NCBI GenBank assembly: GCA_013044385.1
Contig: JABEUN010000068.1
Span: 7,466-71,465, forward strand
Direction of reading: 5' to 3'
DNA length: 64,000 nucleotides
DNA from: Acidimicrobiaceae bacterium
GTDB taxonomy: Bacteria > Actinomycetota > Acidimicrobiia > Acidimicrobiales > Acidimicrobiaceae
Made by a program: the position numbers and the translations under genes. Under the pieces are notes generated by a model. The model was not told the origin of the DNA. It did no database searches and saw only the letters and a list, made by a program, of their open reading frames with translations. Positions 47,632 to 58,154 of this stretch are shown here, piece after piece (positions within the stretch are counted from its first letter, which is position 1; each line of letters begins with the position of its first letter).

Positions 47632-48728
47632 GTGGCGACTTCGAAATAGAGGCATCTGAGGGCCTAGCGCGTGCAGGAATCCTATCTACTGACCATGGAG
47701 ACGTGCTTACTCCGGTCTTCATGCCCGTGGGGACTAGAGGGATGGTCCGTACCATTGCTCCTTGGGAGGTGGAGGCCGCAGGATTCCAGATTCTGCTTTC
47801 AAACACCTACCACCTCATGTTACGGCCGGGGCCGGAGGCAATTAAGAACATTGGAGGTATTCAGCGATTCGCTGGATGGCGTGGGGCGATGCTGACTGAT
47901 TCGGGCGGCTTTCAAGTTATGAGTCTGGGCGCTCGCTTTGACGAGAACGGTGTCGTCTTCAAATCCGTCTATGACGGCTCGACCCAACGACTGTCGCCAG
48001 AGAGGGCGGTAGAGATCCAAGAAGACTTTGGCTCAGATATTGCAATGGTTCTTGATGTCTGCACCATGCTTCCCGCCGACCGGGACACATTGGCGCAAGC
48101 GTTGACGTTGACCGTTGATTGGGCTCGGCGAGCTAAGGCTGTTTGGAGTAGTCCCACTCAGGCGCTTTTCGGGATTGTACAAGGCGGCACCGACCTTGAA
48201 CTTAGGGTCGAGTCGGCGCAGGCGACGGCGGACATCGGCTTTGACGGATATGCAATTGGCGGTCTTGCTGTTGGTGAGGAGAGGGACCTCACCGTAGAGA
48301 CCGTGGCAGTGACGACTTCTCACCTCCCGTCCGACCGTGCACGCTACCTCATGGGAGTGGGCGATCCTTACACCATCGTCGAGGCCGTTGCGAACGGTGT
48401 CGACATGTTCGACTGTGTCTCTCCGACCAGACTTGGAAGACATGGAACCGCACTAACTACTAGCGGCAAGGTCCACCTGCGAAGGAAGGAGAACCTTTCG
48501 GATCAAGGACCGATAGACATCCAATGTGGATGCCCAACCTGTCGTGAGATGCCGAGGAGTATCATCTCCCACCTGTTGCGGGTAGATGAAGGTTCAGCCG
48601 GAGTCCTTATCGGGGTTCACAATCTATGGTTCATGGCCGATTTTATGAGAAACATCCGAGAGGCGATTAGGGAGGGAACTCTCACTGAATTGCGCCAACA
48701 GACAAGGGACACGTGGAGTCGCATCTAG
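47628..48728 (+). CDS. tgt: tRNA-guanosine(34) transglycosylase
   Basis: TPVFMPVGT...LSNTYHLMLRPG...TDSGGFQV, plus the Zn site CGCPTC. Confidence 0.93.
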   Translation: MSGDFEIEASEGLARAGILSTDHGDVLTPVFMPVGTRGMVRTIAPWEVEAAGFQILLSNTYHLMLRPGPEAIKNIGGIQRFAGWRGAMLTDSGGFQVMSLGARFDENGVVFKSVYDGSTQRLSPERAVEIQEDFGSDIAMVLDVCTMLPADRDTLAQALTLTVDWARRAKAVWSSPTQALFGIVQGGTDLELRVESAQATADIGFDGYAIGGLAVGEERDLTVETVAVTTSHLPSDRARYLMGVGDPYTIVEAVANGVDMFDCVSPTRLGRHGTALTTSGKVHLRRKENLSDQGPIDIQCGCPTCREMPRSIISHLLRVDEGSAGVLIGVHNLWFMADFMRNIREAIREGTLTELRQQTRDTWSRI

Positions 48729-48821
48729 TCTTGTCGGAGCTTACGTGTTCGCAGCAGGCTGCATTGGATAAGAAGGTCCGCCGGGGTAAGCTCTTCAGTT
48801 GTTTTTGGCGGAGGATCATAG

Positions 48822-49235
48822 ATGTCACAATTGCTACCTTTAGTACTGCTGTTCGTTCTGATGTATTTCATCCTTATTCGGCCTCAACAGCAAAAGCAGA
48901 AGGCGCAGAGGCTGTCCCAGAGCCAGATCTCCGATGGGGACCAGGTTGTCTCCTCTGGCGGCATCTATGGCCGAGTCACTCAGGTAGCCACCGACAAAGT
49001 GTGGGTCGAGATTGCGCCCGATATCGAGGTCGTGTTCGCCCGTACAGCTCTTAGCAGGCTGAATCCATCCATCCCAGCCGATGAATTTGAGCCGGCTGAG
49101 AGCGGCTATGAGGAAGATTTGCATGCTCCGGATGATCTAAGTGGACTGGATCTCCACGATACGGGGGAGCACAAAGATGAACTTCCTACGGCAGAGTCAG
49201 ATAAGGACGAAGAGGATGGACCAGCTAGGTCCTAA
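48822..49235 (+). CDS. yajC: Preprotein translocase subunit YajC, with a long acidic C-terminal tail
   Basis: LLPLVLLFVLMYFILIRPQQQKQKAQ is the YajC core. About 60 extra acidic residues follow. Confidence 0.85.
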   Translation: MSQLLPLVLLFVLMYFILIRPQQQKQKAQRLSQSQISDGDQVVSSGGIYGRVTQVATDKVWVEIAPDIEVVFARTALSRLNPSIPADEFEPAESGYEEDLHAPDDLSGLDLHDTGEHKDELPTAESDKDEEDGPARS

Positions 49236-49287
49236 TGGTCGGGTCGTCTTCCGTAAGTTCGGAACGTTGTAGGAGAAGCTCAATAAG

Positions 49288-50766
49288 TTGCGTCGTTCAT
49301 ACTTGGTAATGGTTATTGCGTCACTAGTGGTATCACTAGGTGCGTTCGTTGCGGTGCTGGTCCTGGGTTATAAACCTGTACTTGGACTTGACCTGCAAGG
49401 CGGTGCATCGGTGGTGTACAAGCCGGTGAAGGTTGTGAACCAGCAGGTCCTAAATCAGACCATCTCCATCATTCGGAACAGAGTGGATGGCCTTGGCGTC
49501 GCGCAGCCGAACATCTCGAGCCAGGGACAGAATATTGTCGTGCAGCTCCCCGGTATCAAGAACCCCCAGAGTGCACTGGCCTTGATCGGCCAGACTGCCC
49601 AACTCGAGTTTCGGCCGGTTCTCTGCGCGGCTCCAGCGTACACTGCACCTCCCAAGTCACTGAAGCTCTCGACGACTCCTGCACCGTTCTGCCCCACGAC
49701 ACAGTCCCAAGCAGCAGTTCAGGCCTATGTGCCGACGACGTCCGCGACTGCGGACGTCCCCTCTGCCACGGTCATTCTGCCACAGAGCGGCAACTCGCCT
49801 CTCTCGCCGCGGTATGTGCTCGGGCCAGCGCAGGCGAACGGAAATATTCTCTCGAATGCCTTTTCAGGTGTTGACCAGTTCGGTAACTGGTTGGTGAATT
49901 TCACACTCACCAAGAAGGGATCGCCGGTCTTCGACAAGATTGCTGCGGCAAATTATAAGAAGCAGGTGGCAATCGTTCTGGACGGAGTCGTAGAGTCCGC
50001 TCCGACCATCAACTCGACCTCATTCGGTGGGCAGGGCCAAATCAGCGGCACCTTCACGCAGACTCAGGCGAACAACCTTGCACTTGTGCTCCGTTACGGT
50101 GCACTTCCTGTCCAACTTCAACAGCAGACGGTACAGACAGTTTCTGCGACCTTGGGTAAGGCGTCACTAAAGGCTGGGGTGCTTGCGGGAATCGGCGGCT
50201 TGTTGCTTGTAATGATCTACACGATCATCTACTACCGTGCACTCGGAATTGTCGTCCTCCTCGGCCTGGGATCGACCGCAGCACTCTTGTGGGGAATCGT
50301 GTCCTATCTGGGCCATACTTCCGGTCTGACACTCGACCTCTCTGGTGTAACCGGTCTCATAGTTTCAATAGGCGTTACCGTTGACTCGTACATAGTCTTT
50401 TTTGAACGATTAAAGGATGAGGTCAGAGCCGGTAAGTCGATCAGGTCCTCGGTTGACAAGGGATTTGCCAAGGCGTTTCGCACCATCGTCGCTGCGGACT
50501 TGGTCTCATTGATTGGTGCAACGCTACTTTACCTGTTGAGCATCGGCCCTGTTAGGGGATTTGCCTTCTTCCTTGGGCTATCAACTCTCCTTGATGTAAT
50601 AAGTGCATGGGTCTTCACTAGGCCTTTGGTAATTCTTTTGGGCCAGAATAGGACCTTCACAGAGGCGAAATGGCTCGGCGTAGCGAGGGGACTTGGCACC
50701 TCAGCTGGGTCCGGATTTGGCGGGGCCACGCCGGCGGCATTGCGGCCGACCGGTAGCAGAAGTTAG
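49288..50766 (+). CDS. secD: Protein translocase subunit SecD
   Basis: LGLDLQGG near the N-terminus, a periplasmic domain, and six C-terminal TM segments (TLDLSGVTGLIVSIGVTVDS). Confidence 0.9.
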   Translation: MRRSYLVMVIASLVVSLGAFVAVLVLGYKPVLGLDLQGGASVVYKPVKVVNQQVLNQTISIIRNRVDGLGVAQPNISSQGQNIVVQLPGIKNPQSALALIGQTAQLEFRPVLCAAPAYTAPPKSLKLSTTPAPFCPTTQSQAAVQAYVPTTSATADVPSATVILPQSGNSPLSPRYVLGPAQANGNILSNAFSGVDQFGNWLVNFTLTKKGSPVFDKIAAANYKKQVAIVLDGVVESAPTINSTSFGGQGQISGTFTQTQANNLALVLRYGALPVQLQQQTVQTVSATLGKASLKAGVLAGIGGLLLVMIYTIIYYRALGIVVLLGLGSTAALLWGIVSYLGHTSGLTLDLSGVTGLIVSIGVTVDSYIVFFERLKDEVRAGKSIRSSVDKGFAKAFRTIVAADLVSLIGATLLYLLSIGPVRGFAFFLGLSTLLDVISAWVFTRPLVILLGQNRTFTEAKWLGVARGLGTSAGSGFGGATPAALRPTGSRS

Positions 50767-50776
50767 GCGGGCGAAA

Positions 50777-51991
50777 ATGGCAGATAAATTTGGTGACCCG
50801 ACCATCGATGCAAACTCGGATGAGGTCGACGATGAGTTGTTGCGAGCAGCGGAGGACTCCCTCACGGCAAAGGGGTCAATTTTTTCACGACTGTACCGTG
50901 GTGAGACCGCATTTGCTTTCATTCCGAGAATGCGGAGATGGTTCATTCTCTCTGCAGTCGTCATAATTCTTGGTATGGGAGCCGTAGCGATTAGGGGTCT
51001 CAACTTTGGCATTGACTTCAAAGGTGGAACTGCATGGCAGGTGCCTAGCCAGACGCTCTCGGTTAAGACCGCTCAGGCGGACGTGGCCGCACTGGGTGTC
51101 ACCCAGGCCACGGTCGTGTCTCTTGGCGGTTCATCGGGGCGAACTATCCAGGTTGAGGCCGATCTATCTAGGCTATCGGTTCCAGCCAGAACTGCACTAG
51201 AGGACAGAGTTAGTGCCAGATTGGCTAAAGACGGTGGCGTTTCCGCCCAAGCAGTTGGAATTACCGATGTCGGTCCTACCTGGGGTGGGGAGATTACCTC
51301 AAAGGCGATCAGGGCCCTAATCTTCTTCTTCTTAGGTATCGTGCTCTACATCAGCCTCCGTTTCGAATGGAAGATGGCTGCAGCTGCGGTTCTAGCCGTA
51401 ATCCACGACCTTTTGGTTACTGTTGGCATCTACGCGCTGGTTGGCTTCCAGGTGACCCCCGCAACTGTGATAGCGGTACTTACAATTCTCGGATATTCGC
51501 TCTATGACACGATAGTTGTGTTTGATAGGGTGCAGGAGAATGTCAAGGCCCTAGCCAATACGGGCAGAATGAACTATTCAGACACGGTAAACCTCTCCGT
51601 CAATCAAGTTCTGATGAGGTCATTGAATACCTCCATCGTGGCAATTATTCCGATACTCTCAATACTTCTTATAGGTGCGGAGTTGCTGGGTGCGACAACC
51701 CTCCAGGACTTCGGTTTGGCGCTCTTCGTCGGTCTGACCACCGGTGCCTACTCATCTATCTTCATAGCTTCTCCACTTCTCTGTATCTTCAAGGAGAGAG
51801 AGAAGCGTTACCAGCAGCTCAGGTTGCGGATCTCGGCAAAGGGCGCAGGCGCGGTGTTGCTGACCCCAAGGGCTGCGGCAATGGCGGGAAGCGTAGCAAT
51901 GGTGTCGGGCTCTTCATCGAATGGCTCTTCGGCAAATACGAGTACCAAGGGTACCGGAGGCTCTAAGTCGAGAGCGAAGAAGAGGCGGTAG
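50777..51991 (+). CDS. secF: Protein translocase subunit SecF
   Basis: LNFGIDFKGGT and the TM block with YDTIVVFDRV. ATG 50777 lies just after the secD stop. The track start at 50693 overlaps secD. Confidence 0.9.
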   Translation: MADKFGDPTIDANSDEVDDELLRAAEDSLTAKGSIFSRLYRGETAFAFIPRMRRWFILSAVVIILGMGAVAIRGLNFGIDFKGGTAWQVPSQTLSVKTAQADVAALGVTQATVVSLGGSSGRTIQVEADLSRLSVPARTALEDRVSARLAKDGGVSAQAVGITDVGPTWGGEITSKAIRALIFFFLGIVLYISLRFEWKMAAAAVLAVIHDLLVTVGIYALVGFQVTPATVIAVLTILGYSLYDTIVVFDRVQENVKALANTGRMNYSDTVNLSVNQVLMRSLNTSIVAIIPILSILLIGAELLGATTLQDFGLALFVGLTTGAYSSIFIASPLLCIFKEREKRYQQLRLRISAKGAGAVLLTPRAAAMAGSVAMVSGSSSNGSSANTSTKGTGGSKSRAKKRR

Positions 51992-52087
51992 CTGGGAGTA
52001 TAGGTATAGGCTGCCGAGACTCAATGCGATTGGATTAATCGGACTTCTGAGTTATGTAATTCCGGATTCGATCTATCCTGTGAATAG

Positions 52088-54301
52088 ATGACAGTTACGA
52101 GTCAGGGATTCGCCACTTCGCATACACCCAGTTCCAAGAGGTTGGTGGAAGCATACGAGCTTGCCCACCCTGGGTACGGAACCGCCTTGATCGTGGCTGC
52201 GTTCGACGCGGCGGAGCAGGCCCACCGTGGCCAGTTCAGGAAATCTGGTGAGCCTTACCTAGTACATCCTCTTGGTGTGGCCCAGATTGTCTGTGATCTA
52301 GGCGTCGACGAGGTAACTATCGCAGCTGCACTCCTTCATGATGCGGTAGAGGACACGGATCTTTCACTATCTGACGTGGAAGCGAACTTTGGTGACCAGG
52401 TAGCTAGGGTCGTCGACGGCGTCACGAAGCTCGACCGTCTTAGTTTCGAGTCCAAAGAGGCGCAGCAAGCTGCGACAATGCGGAAAATGCTGCTTGCAAT
52501 GGCCCGGGATCCGAGGGTGTTGGTTATCAAGCTAGCGGATCGACTGCATAATATGCGGACAATATCGGCCTTGCCGGAATGGAAGCAAAGAAGGACCGCA
52601 CAAGAGACACTTGATATTTATGCTCCCTTAGCCCACCGGCTCGGCATTCAGATGATTAAGTGGCAGTTGGAGGACCTCTCCTTTGCCACACTCCATCCTA
52701 GGCGTTACGCTGAGATCGAACAGATGGTCGAGACTCGTTCTCCTGAGAGGGAGCAGTATCTGACGTCGGTGATAGATTCGGCCGCCGAAAGGATGACCGC
52801 TGTCGGAATACATGCCGACGTGAGCGGAAGGCCGAAGCACCTCTACTCGATCTACGAGAAGATGGTCGTCAAGGCGAAGGACTTCGATTCGATCTTCGAC
52901 ATCATCGGTATCCGGATCATTACTGAAACAGAGAAGGACTGCTGGGCTGGACTAGGTGTTGTCCACTCGCTTTGGAATCCACTTCCTGGTCGCTTCAAAG
53001 ACTACATAAATGCTCCGAAGTTCAATCTCTATCAGTCTCTGCACACGACTGTCATGCTCCCCACGGGAAATCCGTTGGAGGTCCAGATCAGGACTCTCGA
53101 GATGCACCAGCGGGCTGAGTACGGTGTTGCAGCACACTGGGGATACAAAGAGGGCTCCTCTGACTCAGAGATGATGTGGTTGCAACGTATCGTAGATTGG
53201 CAACGAGATACACCCGACCCCATAGAGTTCCTTGAGAACCTCAAGCTCGATCTAGAACTCGATGAGGTCTACGTCTTTACACCGAAGGGCCGGGTAATCA
53301 CCCTTCCAGCCAAAGCGACCCCCATCGATTTTGCCTATGCCGTCCATACCGAGGTTGGACATCGATGCATCGGTGCAAAGGTAAACCAACGTCTGGTTCC
53401 TTTGGATTCTGAGCTTCGAAGTGGCGATACGGTTGAGATTTTCACCTCCAAGGTCCAAAATGCCGGACCATCGCGTGACTGGCTCAAGGTGGTCGCAACC
53501 GCCAAAGCCAGATCGAAGATCAAACAGTGGTTCTCCAAGGAGCGCCGGGAAGACTCCATCGACACAGGTCGTGAGGAGTTGACGAAGTCCCTTCGGAAAG
53601 AGGGACTCCCTGTGCAGAAGATGACCTCTTCTAACGGTCTGGTTCAACTGGCTGAGATGATGGGCATCTCTGATACTGAAACTTTCCTAGCTGCTATTGG
53701 CGAGAACCACATAAGTGCCAAAGGTGTCGTCCAGAAGTTGCTCAGAGAGCTACACAAAGGAGACTCTGACGAACAGCTTCCCGTGAGCCTGAGTAGTCCT
53801 CGACCGAGTAATCGCCGCGGTAAAGAGGTTGGCATCTACGTCGAGGGCCTTGATGACGTAATGATCAGGCTATCCAAGTGCTGCTCGCCGGTTCCCGGTG
53901 ATGAGATAGTTGGATTTGTGACGAGGGGTAGGGGGGTCTCTGTCCATCGAAGTGATTGTCCCAATGCAATGGCGTTGTTCGCAAACTCCACAGAGAGGCT
54001 GATCGAAGTCGAGTGGGATAAGGACCGAACCGGGATTTTCGCTACGACTATCGAAGTTCGGGCGCTGGATCGGTCTCGGTTGCTGGCCGATGTGACTCGG
54101 GTACTCGCCGAGCACCACGTGAATATACTCTCAAGCTCCTCACAGGCGGGCTCTGACCGGATATCTAGGATGCGATTCGAGTTTGAGCTAGCAGACCCGT
54201 CACATCTGGACTCGGTTCTGGCGTCGATCAAGAGGCTGGATAGCGTGTATGACGCCTATCGGCTGGTTCCCCGAAGGCCGAAAGAAGTTGTCGGCGGCTA
54301 G
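52088..54301 (+). CDS. relA: Bifunctional (p)ppGpp synthetase/hydrolase
   Basis: HD domain (HPLGVAQIV...LLHDAVEDT), synthetase block (KHLYSIYEKM...RIITE), and TGS and ACT domains. 737 aa. Confidence 0.93.
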   Translation: MTVTSQGFATSHTPSSKRLVEAYELAHPGYGTALIVAAFDAAEQAHRGQFRKSGEPYLVHPLGVAQIVCDLGVDEVTIAAALLHDAVEDTDLSLSDVEANFGDQVARVVDGVTKLDRLSFESKEAQQAATMRKMLLAMARDPRVLVIKLADRLHNMRTISALPEWKQRRTAQETLDIYAPLAHRLGIQMIKWQLEDLSFATLHPRRYAEIEQMVETRSPEREQYLTSVIDSAAERMTAVGIHADVSGRPKHLYSIYEKMVVKAKDFDSIFDIIGIRIITETEKDCWAGLGVVHSLWNPLPGRFKDYINAPKFNLYQSLHTTVMLPTGNPLEVQIRTLEMHQRAEYGVAAHWGYKEGSSDSEMMWLQRIVDWQRDTPDPIEFLENLKLDLELDEVYVFTPKGRVITLPAKATPIDFAYAVHTEVGHRCIGAKVNQRLVPLDSELRSGDTVEIFTSKVQNAGPSRDWLKVVATAKARSKIKQWFSKERREDSIDTGREELTKSLRKEGLPVQKMTSSNGLVQLAEMMGISDTETFLAAIGENHISAKGVVQKLLRELHKGDSDEQLPVSLSSPRPSNRRGKEVGIYVEGLDDVMIRLSKCCSPVPGDEIVGFVTRGRGVSVHRSDCPNAMALFANSTERLIEVEWDKDRTGIFATTIEVRALDRSRLLADVTRVLAEHHVNILSSSSQAGSDRISRMRFEFELADPSHLDSVLASIKRLDSVYDAYRLVPRRPKEVVGG

Positions 54302-54522
54302 GCACGTTTCGGAATATTAATTGAGAGCGGTAAGGTGGGCTCGAACCTCACTCTCGGGACCTTTTTCGCCGAAAACTTATTTTTTCCAAATTCCAGCTGG
54401 GGGCTATTTAACCCCATTGAAACGGTTCTTTTCAAACTGAGCGCCTCTCCTCTATGCATTCGTGGTATGTTTCTTTTGCCGCTCCTAGCGGTCGAGTTTG
54501 TTCGTAATCAAGGGGGATTTAC

Positions 54523-56169
54523 ATGAGCAGTCAGCCCGATGGAGGTGTGGTACTCAAACGTGCAATGAGCCGGTTGGACCTCACCATGGCGGGCCTAGGA
54601 GCCATCATTGGATCAGGGTGGCTCTTCGGAGGTCTCTATGCTGCAAACGATGCGGGGCCGGCATCAGTGGTTGGTTGGGTCATTGGTGGCGTAGCCGTTC
54701 TTCTGGTGGGCTTGGTGTATGCCGAGCTTTCAGGTTTGGCTCCTGAGGCAGGTGGCATAGCCAGGTACCCGCACTTCACGCACGGCTCGTTTGTCGGGTT
54801 CGTGATGTCTTGGGGTGCGTTCATTGCGTATGCATCGGTGCCAGCTATTGAAGCTGAGGCTGTGGTGCAGTACGCAGAGCATTACATACCGAGTCTTGCA
54901 AACTCGAGTTTTGAGCGTTTCGTCATTGAGGCGCTTCTCCTGCTACTCTTCTTCGCGATCAACGCTTATGGTGTGAAGGTTTTTGCGAAGACCAACACCA
55001 TAGTGACGACGTTGAAGTTCCTGACTCCGGGATTGACCATCCTGGTCTTCCTGTTTGTTGCCAAGCATTGGGGTAACTACACCGCAGCGGCGACCGGCGG
55101 ATTCGCGCCTTATGGAACGTCGGGAATCCTGAAGGCAGTTGCCACATCGGGCATCGTGTTCGCATTCCTTGGCTTCCGTCAAGCCGTAGACCTTGCTGGA
55201 GAGGCCAAGAATCCCCAGAAAGACGTTCCAAGAGCAATCATTGTCGCCGTCGTGGTGGCAATCTTCCTCTACTCCCTTCTTGAGACTGTTTTTGTCGCAG
55301 CTATCGATCCGCATGGCTTAGGCAAGGGCTGGGCTTCACTCAACTTCACGTCGCCGTTCGCCCAGGTAGCATCGGCTATTGGACTCGGCTGGCTCGCTGT
55401 CATCCTCTATGGTGACGCAGTTCTATCTCCTGCTGGGACTGGAAACATCTACCTCGCGTCAACCGCAAGGGTCATGTACGCAGCGGCAAACAACCGCTAC
55501 CTTCCAACTCGTTTCAAGAAGCTAAGCGAGAGGAGCATGATTCCGATGCTCTCGCTCGGAGTAACGGCGCTCGCTGGAATAATCTTCCTGCTGCCGTTCC
55601 CGTCTTGGCAGAGTCTGGTAGGGGTAATCTCCTCTGCCACGGTCTTTACCTACATGATTGGACCGGTATCGGCTACTGTTCTCAGGCGTACCGAGCCGGA
55701 TGCACATAGGCCTTTCACGCTGTCTGGACTGCCGATCATTGCGCCGATAGCGTTCGTTGTCGGTACCTTGATCATCTATTGGACCGGTTGGTCGATTGAT
55801 TGGAAGTTGATCGTAGCTCTGCTGATAGGCGCCATCGTCTATGGAGTGGTCGCCTCCAGACCAAACACTCAACTAGACAAGGTCGATTCAGTTTCACTGA
55901 AGGCTGGCTACTGGTTGATTGGATACCTAGTCGCGATGCTAGCGATGAGCTACTTCGGTTCTTCGAACTTCGGCGCACCGTACAATCACGGCAAGGGCCT
56001 CATTCAGTACCCATGGGATCTGATTGTTGACGCAGTGCTCGGTGTGGTGTTCTACTACTGGGGCGTGGCTTCCGGTATTAGGACCGAGGACGGCACGGCT
56101 GCCATCGCAAACGCAAAGGCGGATATGGCCAGTCGCAAGGCTCAGGAGGAGCAAGCCACCCGCCAGTAG
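54523..56169 (+). CDS. APC superfamily amino acid/polyamine permease
   Basis: 548 aa with about 12-14 TM segments and an N-terminal LDLTMAGLGAIIGSGWLF motif typical of APC transporters. The substrate cannot be inferred. Confidence 0.8.
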   Translation: MSSQPDGGVVLKRAMSRLDLTMAGLGAIIGSGWLFGGLYAANDAGPASVVGWVIGGVAVLLVGLVYAELSGLAPEAGGIARYPHFTHGSFVGFVMSWGAFIAYASVPAIEAEAVVQYAEHYIPSLANSSFERFVIEALLLLLFFAINAYGVKVFAKTNTIVTTLKFLTPGLTILVFLFVAKHWGNYTAAATGGFAPYGTSGILKAVATSGIVFAFLGFRQAVDLAGEAKNPQKDVPRAIIVAVVVAIFLYSLLETVFVAAIDPHGLGKGWASLNFTSPFAQVASAIGLGWLAVILYGDAVLSPAGTGNIYLASTARVMYAAANNRYLPTRFKKLSERSMIPMLSLGVTALAGIIFLLPFPSWQSLVGVISSATVFTYMIGPVSATVLRRTEPDAHRPFTLSGLPIIAPIAFVVGTLIIYWTGWSIDWKLIVALLIGAIVYGVVASRPNTQLDKVDSVSLKAGYWLIGYLVAMLAMSYFGSSNFGAPYNHGKGLIQYPWDLIVDAVLGVVFYYWGVASGIRTEDGTAAIANAKADMASRKAQEEQATRQ

Positions 56170-56196
56170 CGGGAAAGATATTGCTGCACTAGTTTT

Positions 56197-56241
56197 CGGT
56201 GCGGTGCCGACTGGATCCAGAATCTAGACGGCACCGCACCG
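56197..56241 (+). terminator. Perfect 13-bp inverted repeat after the permease gene (terminator-like hairpin)
   Basis: CGGTGCGGTGCCG - 19 nt loop - CGGCACCGCACCG, 28 nt after the stop. Only TT follows the stem. Confidence 0.45.
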
Positions 56242-56400
56242 TTGACGCGCCTTGGGTAGTTGGCTCGTGTTGTAGTTCGGCTGGTGCCATGCGGCTAGGC
56301 TGATCGAGCCTAAGGTGGCGGCTGACTTGGGGGTTCTGTGACACTAGACGAATCGTGGATATCAAGTTCGGTCGGAGCGTTAATTGGCTCGCCGAGCGGG

Positions 56401-58149
56401 ATGCGGACCGATTACGCGGCTGGTCTTGACATGAAGGATTTGGGAAGGACCGTTAGCGCTTGTGGTTGGGTGCAGAGTGTGCGCGAACACGGAGACCATC
56501 TTGTATTCATAGACCTGCGCGATGCTACGGGAACCGTCCAGTGTGTGATCACCGAACGGATGGAGCTTCACCTTGAGTGGGTTCTGAGGGTGACCGGTGT
56601 TGTTAGGGCTAGGCCGGTCGGAACTGTGAATGCGGCAATCCCCTCTGGCGAGATCGAGATTGCCGATGCGGTTGTTGAGATTCTTTCCCAAGCGCAGCCC
56701 ATTCCATTTGCAATTTCGGGCCATCGTGACGGGAATACCGATGAATTAGTCCGCCTCAAATACCGATTTGTGGACCTTAGGCGCTCCAGGCTACAGAGGA
56801 ACCTAAGAGCCAGAGCGCAGATCAATTCGGCTATCAGATCCTCCCTGGAGGAGTCGGGATTTTTAGAGATCGAGACCCCGCTACTGTGGACGCCGACGCC
56901 GGAGGGTGCTAGGGAGTTCGCGGTTCCATCGAGACTCCAGCCCGGAAAGTTCTATGTACTTCCCCAAAGTCCACAGATCGCTAAGCAGTTGCTCATGGTT
57001 TCTGGATTTGATCGTTACTATCAGATTGCCCGGTGTATGAGGGATGAGGATCTACGTTCTGACCGCCAGTTCGAATTTACCCAACTAGACCTCGAGGCCT
57101 CCTTCGTGACCCAACAGGACGTCCGCAACTTCATCACCAAGGCGGTCGCCAATGCTACTGCTGTGGTAACTGGTGAGACCAATTTAGATTTTCCGACTAT
57201 CACTCATCGTGAGGCCATCTCTCGATACGGTTCAGACAAGCCGGACCTGCGGTTTGATCACAGCATCGTCGAACTGTCCGAAAGCTTCAAAGGAAGTGGA
57301 ATTCGCGCATTCGACCAGCCATCACTCGGAGCCTTCGTGGCGCCGGGTTCTGCACAGCTAACGCGGTCAAAGTTAGATGAGTTGGTCGATCGTGCAAAGA
57401 GCCTCGGAGCCGCTGGATTGGTGTGGATGAGGGTGAAGGGTCAGGGAGAGACCCTATCGGTGGACTCGCCTATTGGCAAGCTCCTCGATGGCGGGCAGGT
57501 CGCAACGATCGTCGAAGCAACCTCTGCCAAAGAAGGAGATGTAGTCCTCTTGGTGTCGGGGGAGTTCGGGCTCGTCAGGTCTGTCCTTGGGACGCTTCGC
57601 GTTGAACTCGGTCGCCGGTACCTCGAACTGAGTGGCCTCAAATACCTCTGGGTCATCGATTTTCCGATGTTCGAGGGCTTAGATGAGCAGGGTAATCCGA
57701 TCGCTGCCCACCACCCGTTCACCATGCCTAATCCGGACGATATTGATATGATGCAGTCCGAACCTCTTTCAGTCCGTGCCCAGAGCTACGATCTTGTTCT
57801 GAACGGTTGGGAACTCGGGTCAGGGAGCATCAGAATAAATGATCCTACGGTGCAAGCCGGGGTCTTTACTGCACTTGGCATATCCGATGAGGAGGCGGAG
57901 GCTCGCTTTGGCTTCCTCTTGAACGCTTTCAACTATGGCGCTCCTCCGCATGGTGGGTTCGCCTTCGGTATAGACAGGCTTGCGGCGCTTCTATGTGGTG
58001 AAGAGACTATCCGTGAGGTGATAGCTTTTCCAAAGACGCAATCGGGTATGGATATGATGACTGGTGCGCCTAAAGCAGTATCTAACTCGATTCTTGGGAG
58101 CTACGGTCTAACTGTCAAAGTTGACAAGCCGATGTCAACGGGCTCCTGA
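56401..58149 (+). CDS. aspS: Aspartate--tRNA ligase
   Basis: I prefer ATG 56401 (MRTDYAAGL...CGWVQSVREHGDHLVFIDLRD), which matches the usual AspRS N-terminus. Class II motifs are present (FYVLPQSPQ, RCMRDEDLR, GGFAFGIDR). The ORF is open from GTG 56338. Confidence 0.92.
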   Translation: MRTDYAAGLDMKDLGRTVSACGWVQSVREHGDHLVFIDLRDATGTVQCVITERMELHLEWVLRVTGVVRARPVGTVNAAIPSGEIEIADAVVEILSQAQPIPFAISGHRDGNTDELVRLKYRFVDLRRSRLQRNLRARAQINSAIRSSLEESGFLEIETPLLWTPTPEGAREFAVPSRLQPGKFYVLPQSPQIAKQLLMVSGFDRYYQIARCMRDEDLRSDRQFEFTQLDLEASFVTQQDVRNFITKAVANATAVVTGETNLDFPTITHREAISRYGSDKPDLRFDHSIVELSESFKGSGIRAFDQPSLGAFVAPGSAQLTRSKLDELVDRAKSLGAAGLVWMRVKGQGETLSVDSPIGKLLDGGQVATIVEATSAKEGDVVLLVSGEFGLVRSVLGTLRVELGRRYLELSGLKYLWVIDFPMFEGLDEQGNPIAAHHPFTMPNPDDIDMMQSEPLSVRAQSYDLVLNGWELGSGSIRINDPTVQAGVFTALGISDEEAEARFGFLLNAFNYGAPPHGGFAFGIDRLAALLCGEETIREVIAFPKTQSGMDMMTGAPKAVSNSILGSYGLTVKVDKPMSTGS

Positions 58150-58154
58150 CGGGA

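Noticed and set aside
50693-50776. SecF ORF start at 50693, overlapping secD by 74 nt.
   Set aside because: The extension is Arg/Pro/Gly-rich and read out of frame from the secD 3' end. ATG 50777, just after the secD stop, yields a standard SecF.
54322-54360. tRNA gene or tRNA fragment on the minus strand (GGTTCGAGCCC T-loop-like sequence).
   Set aside because: The putative T-stem has an A-C mismatch. No complementary 5' acceptor strand (CGGTAAG) or anticodon arm exists within the next 100 nt. At most it is a relic or a hairpin terminator.
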